Below are positions 1-8,883 of a DNA stretch of 64,000 nucleotides, piece by piece. Under the pieces are notes generated by a model, which was not told the origin of the DNA, did no database searches, and saw nothing but the letters and a program-made list of their open reading frames with translations. Both the position numbers and the translations under genes were made by a program. Numbering within the stretch: position 1 is the first letter of the stretch; each line of letters opens with the position of its first letter. The DNA is from Candidatus Bathyarchaeia archaeon (GTDB lineage: Archaea; Thermoproteota; Bathyarchaeia; Bathyarchaeales; SOJC01): contig DATHCB010000148.1 of the NCBI GenBank assembly GCA_035319765.1, forward strand, positions 1,076-65,075, read 5' to 3'.

Positions 1-402
1 AGAAAGCCCGTGGCTGTCGAGCCAGGCTTGAAGGTATTTGGGGCTCCGGATGAAAACTCGCCCGTGATGTTTACGACAAACTTTGCGCTCACGTACTACA
101 CCGTGGCTTCTGACATCGAATCTGCGAAGGCAAACGTCTATCTGCTGGTTGTCGACACCGAAGGAATAGCTGTGGACAGCGCGGTCGCCGGAAGAAAACT
201 AACCGCGGAAAAAGTTGCCGAGGCCTTGAAGAATTCTGGAGTTGAAAACAAGGTCAACCACAAAAAACTTATAATCCCAGGCAAGGCAGCGCGCTTAAGC
301 GGCGAAATTGAGGAACTGAGCGGCTGGCAGGTGCTAGTCGGTCCGAGAGATTCGTCAGACATTCCAAAGTTACTGCAAGAAAAATGGTCAAAGCCCACCT
401 GA
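1..402 (+). CDS. cdhE: Acetyl-CoA decarbonylase/synthase corrinoid Fe-S protein large (gamma) subunit, C-terminal part; frame is open to the window edge so the 5' end is missing
   Basis: Frame 1 is open from nt 1. The translation PVMFTTNFALTYYTV..DIE..YLLVVDTEGIAVDSAVAGRKLTAEKVAEALK..KLIIPGKAARLSGEIEE..GWQVLVGPRD resembles, from memory, the conserved C-terminal corrinoid-binding domain of CdhE/AcsC. The ferredoxin and CooT-like neighbours fit a CODH/ACS context. Confidence 0.6.
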   Translation, partial: RKPVAVEPGLKVFGAPDENSPVMFTTNFALTYYTVASDIESAKANVYLLVVDTEGIAVDSAVAGRKLTAEKVAEALKNSGVENKVNHKKLIIPGKAARLSGEIEELSGWQVLVGPRDSSDIPKLLQEKWSKPT

Positions 403-438
403 TCGCTATCTTTCAGCTTCGAGTCCAGGTACAGATCC

Positions 439-921
439 TTAGTGTTCTTTTTTCGTTGAGTATCGGTTGAGGTAATCTTCTTGTTTGGGGAAGATGTTGC
501 GGGTTCTTTCGTGACGCCTATCCGCGTTGATGCGTTGCTGAAGTGCTGCGAAATCTTTCGATCTGCTGAAGCTTTCGACTTCTCCGTGCGTTCTTTTTCT
601 TACTATTTTGATGCAATCGTCTACGATGCAGCTTAAGACGCATGCTCCGCAGTAGATGCAGAGTTCTTCTATGATGCCCACTTCTCCTGCCTTCCAGAAC
701 AGCGCATTGGTTGGGCAAGCTTTTATGCAGAGCTTGCACTGGACGCCTTGGCAGGTTTTTTTGTTGATTGTTATACTTCCCTCAGCAAAGAACTCCCGTG
801 GTTTCGGTGGTGCTACGAGCTCGGATTTTTTCTTCTTTTTCTGTTTTTCTGTAGTTTCTGTTAGGAGTTCGAATATGTCTGCGCTAGAGGCTGTTTTGGG
901 TTTCTTGGGCATCCACTTCAT
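439..921 (-). CDS. 4Fe-4S dicluster ferredoxin-domain protein with a Lys-rich N-terminal region
   Basis: Two Cys clusters: CQGVQCKLCIKACP and CIYCGACVLSC. 160-aa ORF with no competing ORF of better quality. Confidence 0.7.
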   Translation of the reverse strand: MKWMPKKPKTASSADIFELLTETTEKQKKKKKSELVAPPKPREFFAEGSITINKKTCQGVQCKLCIKACPTNALFWKAGEVGIIEELCIYCGACVLSCIVDDCIKIVRKRTHGEVESFSRSKDFAALQQRINADRRHERTRNIFPKQEDYLNRYSTKKEH

Positions 922-1084
922 CTTTTTGGCCTATTACGTCATTAAGGTCGTATAGCCTTCGTGGATTATAACTACCTATCTTAAATGCGCAATAGTGAGA
1001 TAGAGGGCTGAACTTGAGATTATCTGGACTCTCCAGAAGAAGTTTATATTAGTTTTAGCTCTGTTAACTACTCGTGGAATAGCA

Positions 1085-1270
1085 ATGTGTGAATTTGATG
1101 TAATCGTCAACGGCAGAGTCGCGTTCAAAGATGCGGTTTATGCGAAGATGGAAAGAAACGATGTGACCGTTAAGAATGTGATTGGCGAGACTAGGAAATT
1201 TGAAAAATGCAAGATAGTCGAAGTTGACGTGAATTCGACGCGTCTAGTCCTGTCAAGCTCGAAAGATTAG
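1085..1270 (+). CDS. cooT: CooT-family small nickel-binding CODH accessory protein (putative)
   Basis: 61 aa starting MCE. Size and beta-rich pattern (V.V.NG......V......V.V..V.GE.K......I.EVD......VL) are typical of CooT-like proteins. It lies next to the cdhE fragment. Confidence 0.5.
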   Translation: MCEFDVIVNGRVAFKDAVYAKMERNDVTVKNVIGETRKFEKCKIVEVDVNSTRLVLSSSKD

Positions 1271-1319
1271 AACGCGTTGGCCTGAGTTAGATCGTCACTT
1301 CTAGAATTTGTGTTCGCAT

Positions 1320-1772
1320 TTATCTTCTGCTGTAGCGTCCCACAGTTTCTCCCTTTGCGAGTATGTGGCCTTGCATTGATTTTTCAAGGTCCTTCTTTCT
1401 CGAATTGGGGCTGAGGTTTAGTTTTGTGTCTAGCGCGTATACTTTGAAGAAGTATCTGTGTGTGCCTGAGGGCGGGCAGGGTCCACCATAGGAGTGTTTT
1501 CTGAAGTCGTTCATACCCTCGACGCCAGGGACGGTGTTTTCTTTTATTTCGTTTGAGGGCGTTATGTTCCAAACTACCCAGTGGTCCCATGTTCCCATTG
1601 GCGCGTCTGGATCGTCAACAGTTAGCGCGAGGCTTTGTGTTCCTTGGGGGATTCCTTCGATGCTCAGAGGTGGGTTTATGTCTTCTCCGTCGCAGGTGTA
1701 TTTAGGCGGGACAGGGCCGTTGTTGGGGAATGCAGAACTTTTGACTGTTAGTTCCTTCACGATGAATACCAC
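1320..1772 (-). CDS. YbhB/YbcL-family phosphatidylethanolamine-binding protein (PEBP, Raf kinase inhibitor-like)
   Basis: Motifs DDPDAP, WDHWVVWNI and YGGPCPPSGTHRYFFKVYALD are diagnostic of the PEBP family. Confidence 0.85.
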   Translation of the reverse strand: MVFIVKELTVKSSAFPNNGPVPPKYTCDGEDINPPLSIEGIPQGTQSLALTVDDPDAPMGTWDHWVVWNITPSNEIKENTVPGVEGMNDFRKHSYGGPCPPSGTHRYFFKVYALDTKLNLSPNSRKKDLEKSMQGHILAKGETVGRYSRR

Positions 1773-1990
1773 GGCGATTCATTATACAGATCTCTGCTTT
1801 TCAATTCTTCGGCTGCCTTCACTCGTGCCGGCTCCTTCAAAAGAGGCTCGCTTTGTATAATGAACAAACGACAGCAACGCGCGTTTCCGCAAACTTAACG
1901 CGCCCAATCATGGACTATCAAGATTTTGAAACAATATTGCAAGTTCCTAAACCTTTTAGGAAAAAAAGTTTCCAACTGTCATGACTTGAA

Positions 1991-4147
1991 ATGCGAGAGC
2001 GGGGCTCGATCGTTCTTTTTTTCGTCGCTGGTCTGCTTCTTCTACTTGCGCCGTTAATGGTGAGCTTTGCCACCAGCAGCCAATGCCAGCTGACGATAAA
2101 TTCAGCCATAGGAGGCACGACTGTCCCGCCTCCAAGAATTTACACGTACGCCTACGGCGCAAATGTAACTATAGACGCGATGCCAGCCTCGGGCCACATT
2201 TTCGATTACTGGACGGACGGTTCTGGGCACTTCACGGAAGGCGCAAACCCGATAATGCAGACTCTGTACTCAAACGTGACGCTTCAGCCTTTTTTTGAGA
2301 ACATGAGCACGGCCAAAAGGGTACTCACGATAAGAGCCGCGGCCAACGGCAGTACGAACCCTTCAGCTGGGAACTACACCTATTCCTACGGAGCAAACGT
2401 CACGATCACCGCGACTCCTAACTCAGGCTACATCTTTGACTTCTGGGTGGGTCAGAATGGCAACTTCATGGGATACGCAAACCCCATGATGATAAACATT
2501 GACTACAACGCGACGCTTCAGCCTGTCTTTGAGAATGCGTCAACCGCTACAAGAACACTAACGATAAACGCGTCCAGTGGGGGCACAACCAGCCCTCCTC
2601 CGGGGAACTACACTTACCCATACATGACAAACTTGGCGATCACGGCTATTCCCAATTCCGGGTACGTGTTCGACCACTGGGTGATGAATTCTGGAGGCAA
2701 CTCTGGTAACCAAAATCCCACGCAGTTCACGATTAACTGGAATACTACGATTCAGCCCATTTTTGAAAACGCCACCTCTGGTCCGCGAACACTTACGATA
2801 TTCAGTCCAAGCAACGGCACCACAAGCCCGACACCTGGAACCTACAATTACAGCTATGGAGAAAACGTCTCCATAACCGCAATTCCTCAGAACGGAGCCT
2901 ACTTCGGCGGCTGGTTCTTGGACCAAGCAAGCGCCGGCATGAGCAACCCGATCACTATAACCATGGACAGTAGTCACACGTTGATGGCCAACTTTACTCC
3001 AAAACCGCCCTCCACCGTGCAAGTGACTATAAGTCCCGCCACAGGAGGAACGACGAACCCAGCACCAGGCACGTACACCTATCCTGCTGGAAACCAAGCA
3101 AGAGTCACTGCAATTCCGAATTCCGGCTGGTGGCTTAGCTACTGGCTGCTTGACGGAAACAAGTCTGGAAACTCAACAACGATCGAGTTCAACCTGAACG
3201 GGAATCACACGGTGAGACCCGTCTTCGCTTCGAATTCGCACTCCGCCAGCTACATGCTTGCAATCAACGCAGCAGATGGAGGGACGACCAATCCGGCGTC
3301 TGGAACTTATACGTACAACTATGGAGCGAACGTGACTGTTACGGCCACACCGGAAAGTGGTCAATCCTTTGACTATTGGCTCCTCGACGGTCAAACAGAA
3401 AAAGAGAACCCTGTTACTTTGCAAATGACGCAGGACCACACTCTCCAGCCAGTGTTCACTAGCAGTCAGGGCAACTCTGGACCAGGCCACGGTCTCAGCT
3501 TCAACATCCCCTCCTTGTTCATCCTTGTTCCTGGGATGGTGGCGATAGCGTGCTGCTTCGTAGGCTACTTGGTTCCTCTGGGGCTAGCTGTAAGGAAGGG
3601 AAAGATTCCACCGAGCGTTAAGAAGCCTCGGCTGTTCCTTGCATTGGTTAGCATATTCATCATCGTAGGCCCTCTTGGCGCAACGTTGCTCGCTTACAGG
3701 GGCAACCTGAGCGGAGTGCTTACCCCTTCTAACACTAACAAGATCACTAACACGCTCTTTAGTCAGGGCGGAATCGGGATGCCCAATATAACGAGCGCAT
3801 GGTACAACCTCACCTCGCGAGAGCTCTGTTTACTGTTTAACTTCAGCAACCCAACAGCGACCAACTTGACGCTCATTGCTTATTCGGCAAACTTGACGGA
3901 TCATAGTGATGGTTATCCCCTAGGGTGGGTAAGGCTCGCTAATCCCGTTACAGCCGCCGCTAATGAAACCGTGACGTTCCAAATGACTACCATGCTTGGA
4001 GAAGAAGCAGCCGGGCATATCGCAACAGCTTATGCTGGCACGAGCAGTTTTGAGGTCGATCTTTCCAGAGAGAATCTAAACTATGCAGGATTAATGCTGC
4101 ATTTGAACGGAACGAGCACAGTTAACGATGTATCAATATGGAGTTGA
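1991..4147 (+). CDS. Secreted/membrane-associated surface protein with six tandem divergent InlB B-repeat (Flg_new-like) domains, a central TM region and a C-terminal extracellular domain
   Basis: N-terminal hydrophobic signal. Six repeats follow the pattern LTI....GGTT.P..G.YTY.YGANVTITA.PNSGY.FD.W. Hydrophobic stretches occur around aa 505-560. Many N-X-S/T sequons. Confidence 0.8.
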   Translation: MRERGSIVLFFVAGLLLLLAPLMVSFATSSQCQLTINSAIGGTTVPPPRIYTYAYGANVTIDAMPASGHIFDYWTDGSGHFTEGANPIMQTLYSNVTLQPFFENMSTAKRVLTIRAAANGSTNPSAGNYTYSYGANVTITATPNSGYIFDFWVGQNGNFMGYANPMMINIDYNATLQPVFENASTATRTLTINASSGGTTSPPPGNYTYPYMTNLAITAIPNSGYVFDHWVMNSGGNSGNQNPTQFTINWNTTIQPIFENATSGPRTLTIFSPSNGTTSPTPGTYNYSYGENVSITAIPQNGAYFGGWFLDQASAGMSNPITITMDSSHTLMANFTPKPPSTVQVTISPATGGTTNPAPGTYTYPAGNQARVTAIPNSGWWLSYWLLDGNKSGNSTTIEFNLNGNHTVRPVFASNSHSASYMLAINAADGGTTNPASGTYTYNYGANVTVTATPESGQSFDYWLLDGQTEKENPVTLQMTQDHTLQPVFTSSQGNSGPGHGLSFNIPSLFILVPGMVAIACCFVGYLVPLGLAVRKGKIPPSVKKPRLFLALVSIFIIVGPLGATLLAYRGNLSGVLTPSNTNKITNTLFSQGGIGMPNITSAWYNLTSRELCLLFNFSNPTATNLTLIAYSANLTDHSDGYPLGWVRLANPVTAAANETVTFQMTTMLGEEAAGHIATAYAGTSSFEVDLSRENLNYAGLMLHLNGTSTVNDVSIWS
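2084..3460 (+). repeat. Six tandem coding repeats of about 78 aa (about 234 nt) inside CDS 1991-4147
   Basis: Repeat starts at aa 34, 112, 190, 268, 345 and 423 (LTINSA, LTIRAA, LTINAS, LTIFSP, VTISPA, LAINAA). Confidence 0.85.
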
Positions 4148-4802
4148 CAGTGTGAAGAACTTAGGCTTGAATTTTAGAAGCTTCAACGTGAAGAGCTGGA
4201 ACTGGTTCGGGCTCGTCGGGGGAGCCCTCACTCTCGTGTTGACCGTGGCCTCCATGTTTGTTCCTTGGTGGCAGATCACTGTCGGCCGGACACTTGCGAT
4301 AATAGGTCTCTCTCCAGTTAGTCTGTCAACAAACATCGTGGGCTTCATCGTAGCTCTCCCTATTATCGCCGCTGTTAGTTGGATGTTCATGGTGTTGCTC
4401 ATCTCCGCAGGCATAATTCTCATCATCTACTCCATTGTGCCCACGAAACCTTACTCGGAACGCCTGCTTGGCTTCGCCTACAAGAAGCCGCTAGGAACGC
4501 TGATAGCGTTTGTCGTGCTGATGCTACTCCTAACGAATGCGGGGACAGTATTTGGAATGATGTCAGGGCCTAGCCTGTCGGGAGCAGACCTCAATGTTCC
4601 GTGGACTGGCGCGAAAACATTACATTTGCCCTCCTCCATGGCCCAAGGCACCTTACTCGGCATCGCAATCTCTGCCGAGATCGAGTGGACCTTCTGGCTT
4701 GCCGTCATTGTTGCTGGACTCTGCGTCGCCGCCAGATTATACCACAAGAAACTCGTCAGACCAACCGCTGACAAAAAGACTGAACAAACTTCCCAAGAAT
4801 AA
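4128..4802 (+). CDS. Multi-pass membrane protein, function unknown; overlaps the upstream gene by 20 nt
   Basis: About five hydrophobic helices. The 20-nt overlap with CDS 1991-4147 suggests co-transcription. Start codon uncertain. Confidence 0.55.
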   Translation: MYQYGVDSVKNLGLNFRSFNVKSWNWFGLVGGALTLVLTVASMFVPWWQITVGRTLAIIGLSPVSLSTNIVGFIVALPIIAAVSWMFMVLLISAGIILIIYSIVPTKPYSERLLGFAYKKPLGTLIAFVVLMLLLTNAGTVFGMMSGPSLSGADLNVPWTGAKTLHLPSSMAQGTLLGIAISAEIEWTFWLAVIVAGLCVAARLYHKKLVRPTADKKTEQTSQE

Positions 4803-5005
4803 TCTCGGGATGGGCATTATTCTTGAAAAAGCATGCTCTACTTGTAAATGCGTGTTCAGCTTTTACCCTCTCCTACGACGCTTCAAGTAAGGCTTCTCCA
4901 GCCGAGACGAGTCCGACTGAGCTCGAATTTCTGATACAGCGGTGGACTTGAAGCCATGTTCACCTGGAGACATCGAAGCAGAAATTGCATCTTCTGCAAC
5001 TCCCC

Positions 5006-5060
5006 TTTTTTCTGATAAAGCGCGCGCATTATATCACTATTTTCATCGTATCAGAAAAAA
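5006..5060. repeat. Perfect 12-bp inverted repeat (TTTTTTCTGATA / TATCAGAAAAAA) with a 31-nt spacer containing GCGCGCGC
   Basis: Arms 5006-5017 and 5049-5060 read directly. The alternating GC run is at 5020-5027. Located in the intergenic region between two plus-strand genes. Confidence 0.6.
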
Positions 5061-5130
5061 TAAGGGATGCAATTCAACATTAGAAGTGGTTAGAGTGACT
5101 GGTTCGGCAAGTCCAGCGTGAAGGCAGTTC

Positions 5131-6192
5131 ATGGTCGTTTTTCAGCATCCCGATACAAAGGTTTTTTTGGCCGCCACGAATATCCTTGTTTTGAACATGA
5201 AAATGAAAGCGATCGTAGCCGAAAGATACGGATCACCTGATGCTCTTGAGCTCAAAGATGTAGAGAAGCCTACTCCCACAGATAATGAAATATTGGTGAA
5301 AGTTCATGCGGCATCAGTAAATCCAATGGACTGGCATCTCCTTGAAGGTAAACCGTTCATAGCTCGACCGATGACTGGCGGTCTTCTCAAACCAAAAAAC
5401 ACGAGACTTGGAGTTGACATAGCCGGCAAAGTTGAAGCGGTTGGCATGAACGTGAAGGAGTTTCAGCCAGGTGGTGAAGTGTTCGGATCTGGTCGAGGCG
5501 GTTTCGCCGAGTATGTGTGTACTCGTGAAGATTCGTTGGTGTTGAAGCCGGCCGACGTATCGTTCGAGGAGGCAGCCGCGGTGCCCACTGCGGCATTCAC
5601 GGCATTGCAAGGTCTTCGCGATAAGGGACAGGTTCAGGCCGGACAGAAGGTCCTGATTGACGGGGCATCTGGAGGTGTCGGAACGTTTGCAGTGCAGATT
5701 GCCAAATCATTCGGCGCCGAAGTAACCGGCGTGTGCAGCACGAGAAATCTGGACATGGTGCGATCTATCGGCGCTGACCATGTAATTGATTACACCCAAG
5801 AGGATTTCACAAAGAAGGAACAACGTTACGACCTGATTCTTGCCACTGCGGGATATCATTCGATCTTCGATTACAGCCGCGCGTTAAGCCCCAAAGGAAT
5901 CTACGTCTTTATCGGAGGTTCACGCCTAATGCGCTCTCTCCTCCAAGCCATGCTCCTTGGACCGTTGATTTCAATGACCGGAAACAAGAAAATGACGTCC
6001 ATGATAGCGAAACGGAACAAAAAGGATCTAGTTTTTCTGAAAGACCTTCTTGAAGCTGGCAGAATAAAGCCGGTCATGGATAGAAGCTACCCCTTAAGTG
6101 AGGTCCCCGAAGCTCTCCGTTATCTTGAAGAAGGACACGCCCGGGGAAAAGTCGTAATAACTTTAGAACCTAACCTGCGCAAAGCCGATTAA
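5131..6192 (+). CDS. Medium-chain (zinc-type) dehydrogenase/reductase, NADPH:quinone oxidoreductase-like
   Basis: MKAIVAERYGSPDALELKDVEKPTP...VKVHAASVNPMDW...GASGGVGTFAVQIAK...GKVVI is the typical MDR/Qor pattern. The true start is more likely ATG 5197 or 5203 (MKMKAIV). Confidence 0.85.
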   Translation: MVVFQHPDTKVFLAATNILVLNMKMKAIVAERYGSPDALELKDVEKPTPTDNEILVKVHAASVNPMDWHLLEGKPFIARPMTGGLLKPKNTRLGVDIAGKVEAVGMNVKEFQPGGEVFGSGRGGFAEYVCTREDSLVLKPADVSFEEAAAVPTAAFTALQGLRDKGQVQAGQKVLIDGASGGVGTFAVQIAKSFGAEVTGVCSTRNLDMVRSIGADHVIDYTQEDFTKKEQRYDLILATAGYHSIFDYSRALSPKGIYVFIGGSRLMRSLLQAMLLGPLISMTGNKKMTSMIAKRNKKDLVFLKDLLEAGRIKPVMDRSYPLSEVPEALRYLEEGHARGKVVITLEPNLRKAD

Positions 6193-6481
6193 AGCGCTCT
6201 TGGAGCGCCTTGCCAAGAAAGGTTTAAGCCTGATAGGATAAAGCATTCCAGTTTGGCTCGTGCGGCTCTTCTCAGAGTAGCCGTCTTATACAACGTTCCA
6301 AACGCTTGCAACAGAGCCACAGCGGACCTGGTAATTTCGAGCCCCTTATTTAGCAATGGTGACTAAGAGCAACGAGCAAAAGTCTGTGTGCCGAGAGTGG
6401 CTCGCTTGGTTGTTCCGACTCGGTTGGGGGATTCTGGCTAGCTGGCTAGCCAAGCTCATGGCACGCGTCGTGCGCATGGGG

Positions 6482-7576
6482 CTATTCTTTTGATTGCGCG
6501 AGGCTTTGTACCCATTTTCTTTGTTCCCATAGTGCGCATCCGTGTGTTTCTTCGAGCTGTTTGTGGTTTTCTCTAATTGTCTTGAGCATCTTTGACTGCA
6601 GTGCTTCTTTGAGTGAACAGTTCTTGATGTTTATGTCTGAGTAGGGAATGAACGGGCATGGCTCCACGTTGCCTTCAGCGCTTATGTGAACAAATCCGCG
6701 TCCCGCTGAAAGGCAACCGCCGATTTCTTCCTCATCCCACGGAAGCGCAACGAACACCGCTCTGTATTTAGCGCGGAAAGCATCTCTTCTCTTAACAAGT
6801 TCCAACCTTTGCGCTTCAGTCAGGACCCAGTTTTCAGTTCCTTCTTTGACGGGAGTATACTCCACGAGCATGAAGAGCTTGCACCCGGCGTTGACGAGTT
6901 TTTCGACAAACTCGTCTTCCGTTACTTCGTCGAAGTTGTTCCTTGTAATCGTAAGTGAGGTGCCCCAGAAAATCTCTTCATGTTTAAGCATGCCAATTGA
7001 ATTCTGAAGCATTTCGTACACTCCTTTTCCCCTGCGTTCGTCGGTGTCAGTCTGATACCCTTCGAGGCTGAGCAAGGGTACAACATTTCTTTTCTCAATT
7101 ATTTTCTTGAGGACGTCATCGTTGATTAACAGACCGTTGGTAAACATGAGAAACATGATCTCCGGATATTCTGCTGGAACGTCTAGTAGTCCCTCGCGCA
7201 TTAGAGGCTCTCCCCCGCCCAGCACGATAAACGAGATGCCGAGTTCCTTTGCTTCCGCGATGGCTCTCTTGAGTCTTTCATCGCTTAGGTCGGCGTCAGC
7301 GGTCGGGCGAAGAGTTTGATGATAACAGCCCTTGCAGTGAAGGTTGCATCTGCTCGTCACGCTGAAGACAAGAATAGGCGGAACATGAATTCCCTGCTTC
7401 TCCCAGCTCTGCCTTATCCTCGCAGCACGTCTCTGCCAATTGAGAGTCTTGAGAAAGAAAACTGCCTGCGCCGGATCGCTCAACGCGCTTCTCAAGGCAT
7501 CTTTGAAGAACACTCTCAGCGAATTGCTCAGGATCTTGTTGAAATCTAACCCTGACGCCTTTGAGGTTGAAGCCAT
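6482..7576 (-). CDS. Radical SAM enzyme with a partial SPASM (twitch-like) C-terminal Cys motif
   Basis: CNLHCKGCY (CX3CX2C) at about aa 77-84. The C-terminal part has GGCLSAGRGFVHISAEGNVEPCP (C-x13-G-x4-C) but no CX2CX5CX3C. Confidence 0.85.
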   Translation of the reverse strand: MASTSKASGLDFNKILSNSLRVFFKDALRSALSDPAQAVFFLKTLNWQRRAARIRQSWEKQGIHVPPILVFSVTSRCNLHCKGCYHQTLRPTADADLSDERLKRAIAEAKELGISFIVLGGGEPLMREGLLDVPAEYPEIMFLMFTNGLLINDDVLKKIIEKRNVVPLLSLEGYQTDTDERRGKGVYEMLQNSIGMLKHEEIFWGTSLTITRNNFDEVTEDEFVEKLVNAGCKLFMLVEYTPVKEGTENWVLTEAQRLELVKRRDAFRAKYRAVFVALPWDEEEIGGCLSAGRGFVHISAEGNVEPCPFIPYSDINIKNCSLKEALQSKMLKTIRENHKQLEETHGCALWEQRKWVQSLAQSKE

Positions 7577-7706
7577 GTTTTCATCTCATCTGATGAACTC
7601 GAGTCAAAGCGCTCTTAAATAGATACTCTAGTGGTCTTTCGCTCGCGCGCGCTAAGTGTGTGTACGCGTGCTTGTGCAACGGTTAGGACAAGAGCGAGAC
7701 CTTTGT

Positions 7707-8352
7707 CGAAAAAGGTTTGAGTGCAGAGGAAAGAAGGAAGAAGAATAGCGCGGGCGCGCTAGAACTTAAGCCCTCCCTCAGCACTCTCGCCCAAGTATTA
7801 ACGTTGTGCAAGTTTGCTATACGCATTTCGGATTAAGGTTCTGTTAACTCTTAGGCGCTTGGCGAAGTCTGTTAACCGTCGGCGCTTTTCTAATGCTCTA
7901 TAAGATTGTTTCCTTCTAGTTCAGGAAGAGAAAGGTAGAGGCTGAATAGAGAAGGAGAGTTCTCAGAAAATCAGTTCCCTACATTTCCTCCCATCATCTT
8001 TACCTAGGTACTAGTGATTAGGTATATTTGTTTTTTCTGCAGACTGACCATGAATCTATATCCTAGAAACAAAAATCTAATACCTTCAATCAATTCTCTA
8101 ATTCAATCGATTCAACCATAGACCTCGTTGGGTAGCTCAGAAAAGAAGAGAGTATGGCGTAAGGACGGGTTCGCTTTAACCGTCCTTAACCATAGGTATG
8201 CAGGTAAGCGTCTTCACTATCTGCATACACTCTCCAAGTTCGCAAATATTCCGAAATGCGTATATAAAATCGCATGATGTTTAGAAATAGGTAAGAGTGC
8301 GGAGAGTTATATTATCTCCTCCTCCTCTCCTCTCTGCACTCAAACCTTTTCG
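7707..8352. repeat. Large imperfect inverted repeat (arms about 7707-7832 and 8250-8352) around a 417-bp ORF-free centre
   Basis: Perfect complementary blocks: 7710-7728 AAAAGGTTTGAGTGCAGAG vs 8332-8350, and 7818-7832 TATACGCATTTCGGA vs 8250-8264. Purine-rich and pyrimidine-rich low-complexity sequence lies between the blocks in both arms. Confidence 0.65.
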
Positions 8353-8547
8353 TTAAAACTTGGGCTTTCTCACATTAAGCGTGGACTTGCTGTTTGGAAG
8401 CTTTCTTGATTAGAGACAGCCATTCCCTCTCGCTTGATCCAGCATCTATTTTGGCTTTCTGTGCTGGCGTTTCTCCGTTCAATGCCATGTGAGGTCTCAA
8501 AAAGCTGTAGTAGACTGGCTATAGCGGCCTTTCCTCAATGGGGATCA

Positions 8548-8599
8548 TCTTTGTTTGTCTTTGTCTGTCTGTTGTGTGTGTTTGTTGTTTGTTTTTGTC
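8548..8599. repeat. A-free T/G-rich low-complexity tract (52 nt) left of 16-mer copy a
   Basis: No A between 8548 and 8599; TTTGT/TGTG-type simple sequence. Confidence 0.7.
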
Positions 8600-8644
8600 A
8601 CACGTTATTTTTGTCTTGCGTTTGTTTAATATATTACTCGCATT

Positions 8645-8666
8645 GGGTTGGGATAAAACTTTACCC
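8645..8666 (+). repeat. 16-mer family copy a: GGGTTGG-GATAAAACTTTACCC (core 8651-8666)
   Basis: Read directly. Lies 218 nt upstream of the CDS 8884 start. Confidence 0.8.
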
Positions 8667-8685
8667 TTTTTCTTCTTCTAACTAC

Positions 8686-8765
8686 GATTCTCTCTACTAC
8701 TCTCTCACTCTCTCTCTACACACATACAAACAAACAAAAACAAACAAACAAAAATAAACAAACAA
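8686..8765. repeat. G-free C/T/A low-complexity tract (80 nt): CTCT.., ACAC.., (CAAA)n
   Basis: No G between 8686 and 8765. Homologous to the reverse complement of 14250-14317. Confidence 0.7.
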
Positions 8766-8826
8766 GAATAAACAATCAACTAATTAAACAGAATAACGAA
8801 AAAACAGAAATGCGTACAGACAGAAC

Positions 8827-8847
8827 GTTTCAAAATCCTTATTTGCC
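8827..8847 (+). promoter_or_regulatory. Candidate promoter box GTTTCAAAATCCTTATTTGCC, shared with the paralog at 17461-17480
   Basis: The near-identical 20-21-mer lies about 40-60 nt upstream of both beta-helix paralog start codons. A/T-rich, TATA-like. Confidence 0.4.
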
Positions 8848-8883
8848 AATGAAGCCTCAACTATACAGCAGGAGAAGCGAGAG

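Noticed and set aside
2558-3490. Antisense ORFs (179 aa and 105 aa) inside the InlB-repeat gene, and similar antisense or off-frame ORFs inside the beta-helix genes (for example 18989-19492).
   Set aside because: Long open antisense frames are expected in repetitive, codon-biased genes. None shows domain-like sequence.
8127-8190. A tRNA-like start, GTTGGGTAGCTCAG, followed by GGACGGGTTCGCTTTAACCGTCC (T-arm-like).
   Set aside because: No acceptor-stem complement, no anticodon arm of proper length, and an 11-nt loop instead of a 7-nt T-loop. It cannot be folded into a cloverleaf by eye.
8434-8757. 107-aa ORF in the track (CLLCVFVVCFCHTLFLSCVCL...KQTKTNKQK).
   Set aside because: It is produced entirely by the A-free and G-free low-complexity tracts flanking 16-mer copy a. 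The composition is extreme and there is no domain-like sequence. I treat it as non-coding.
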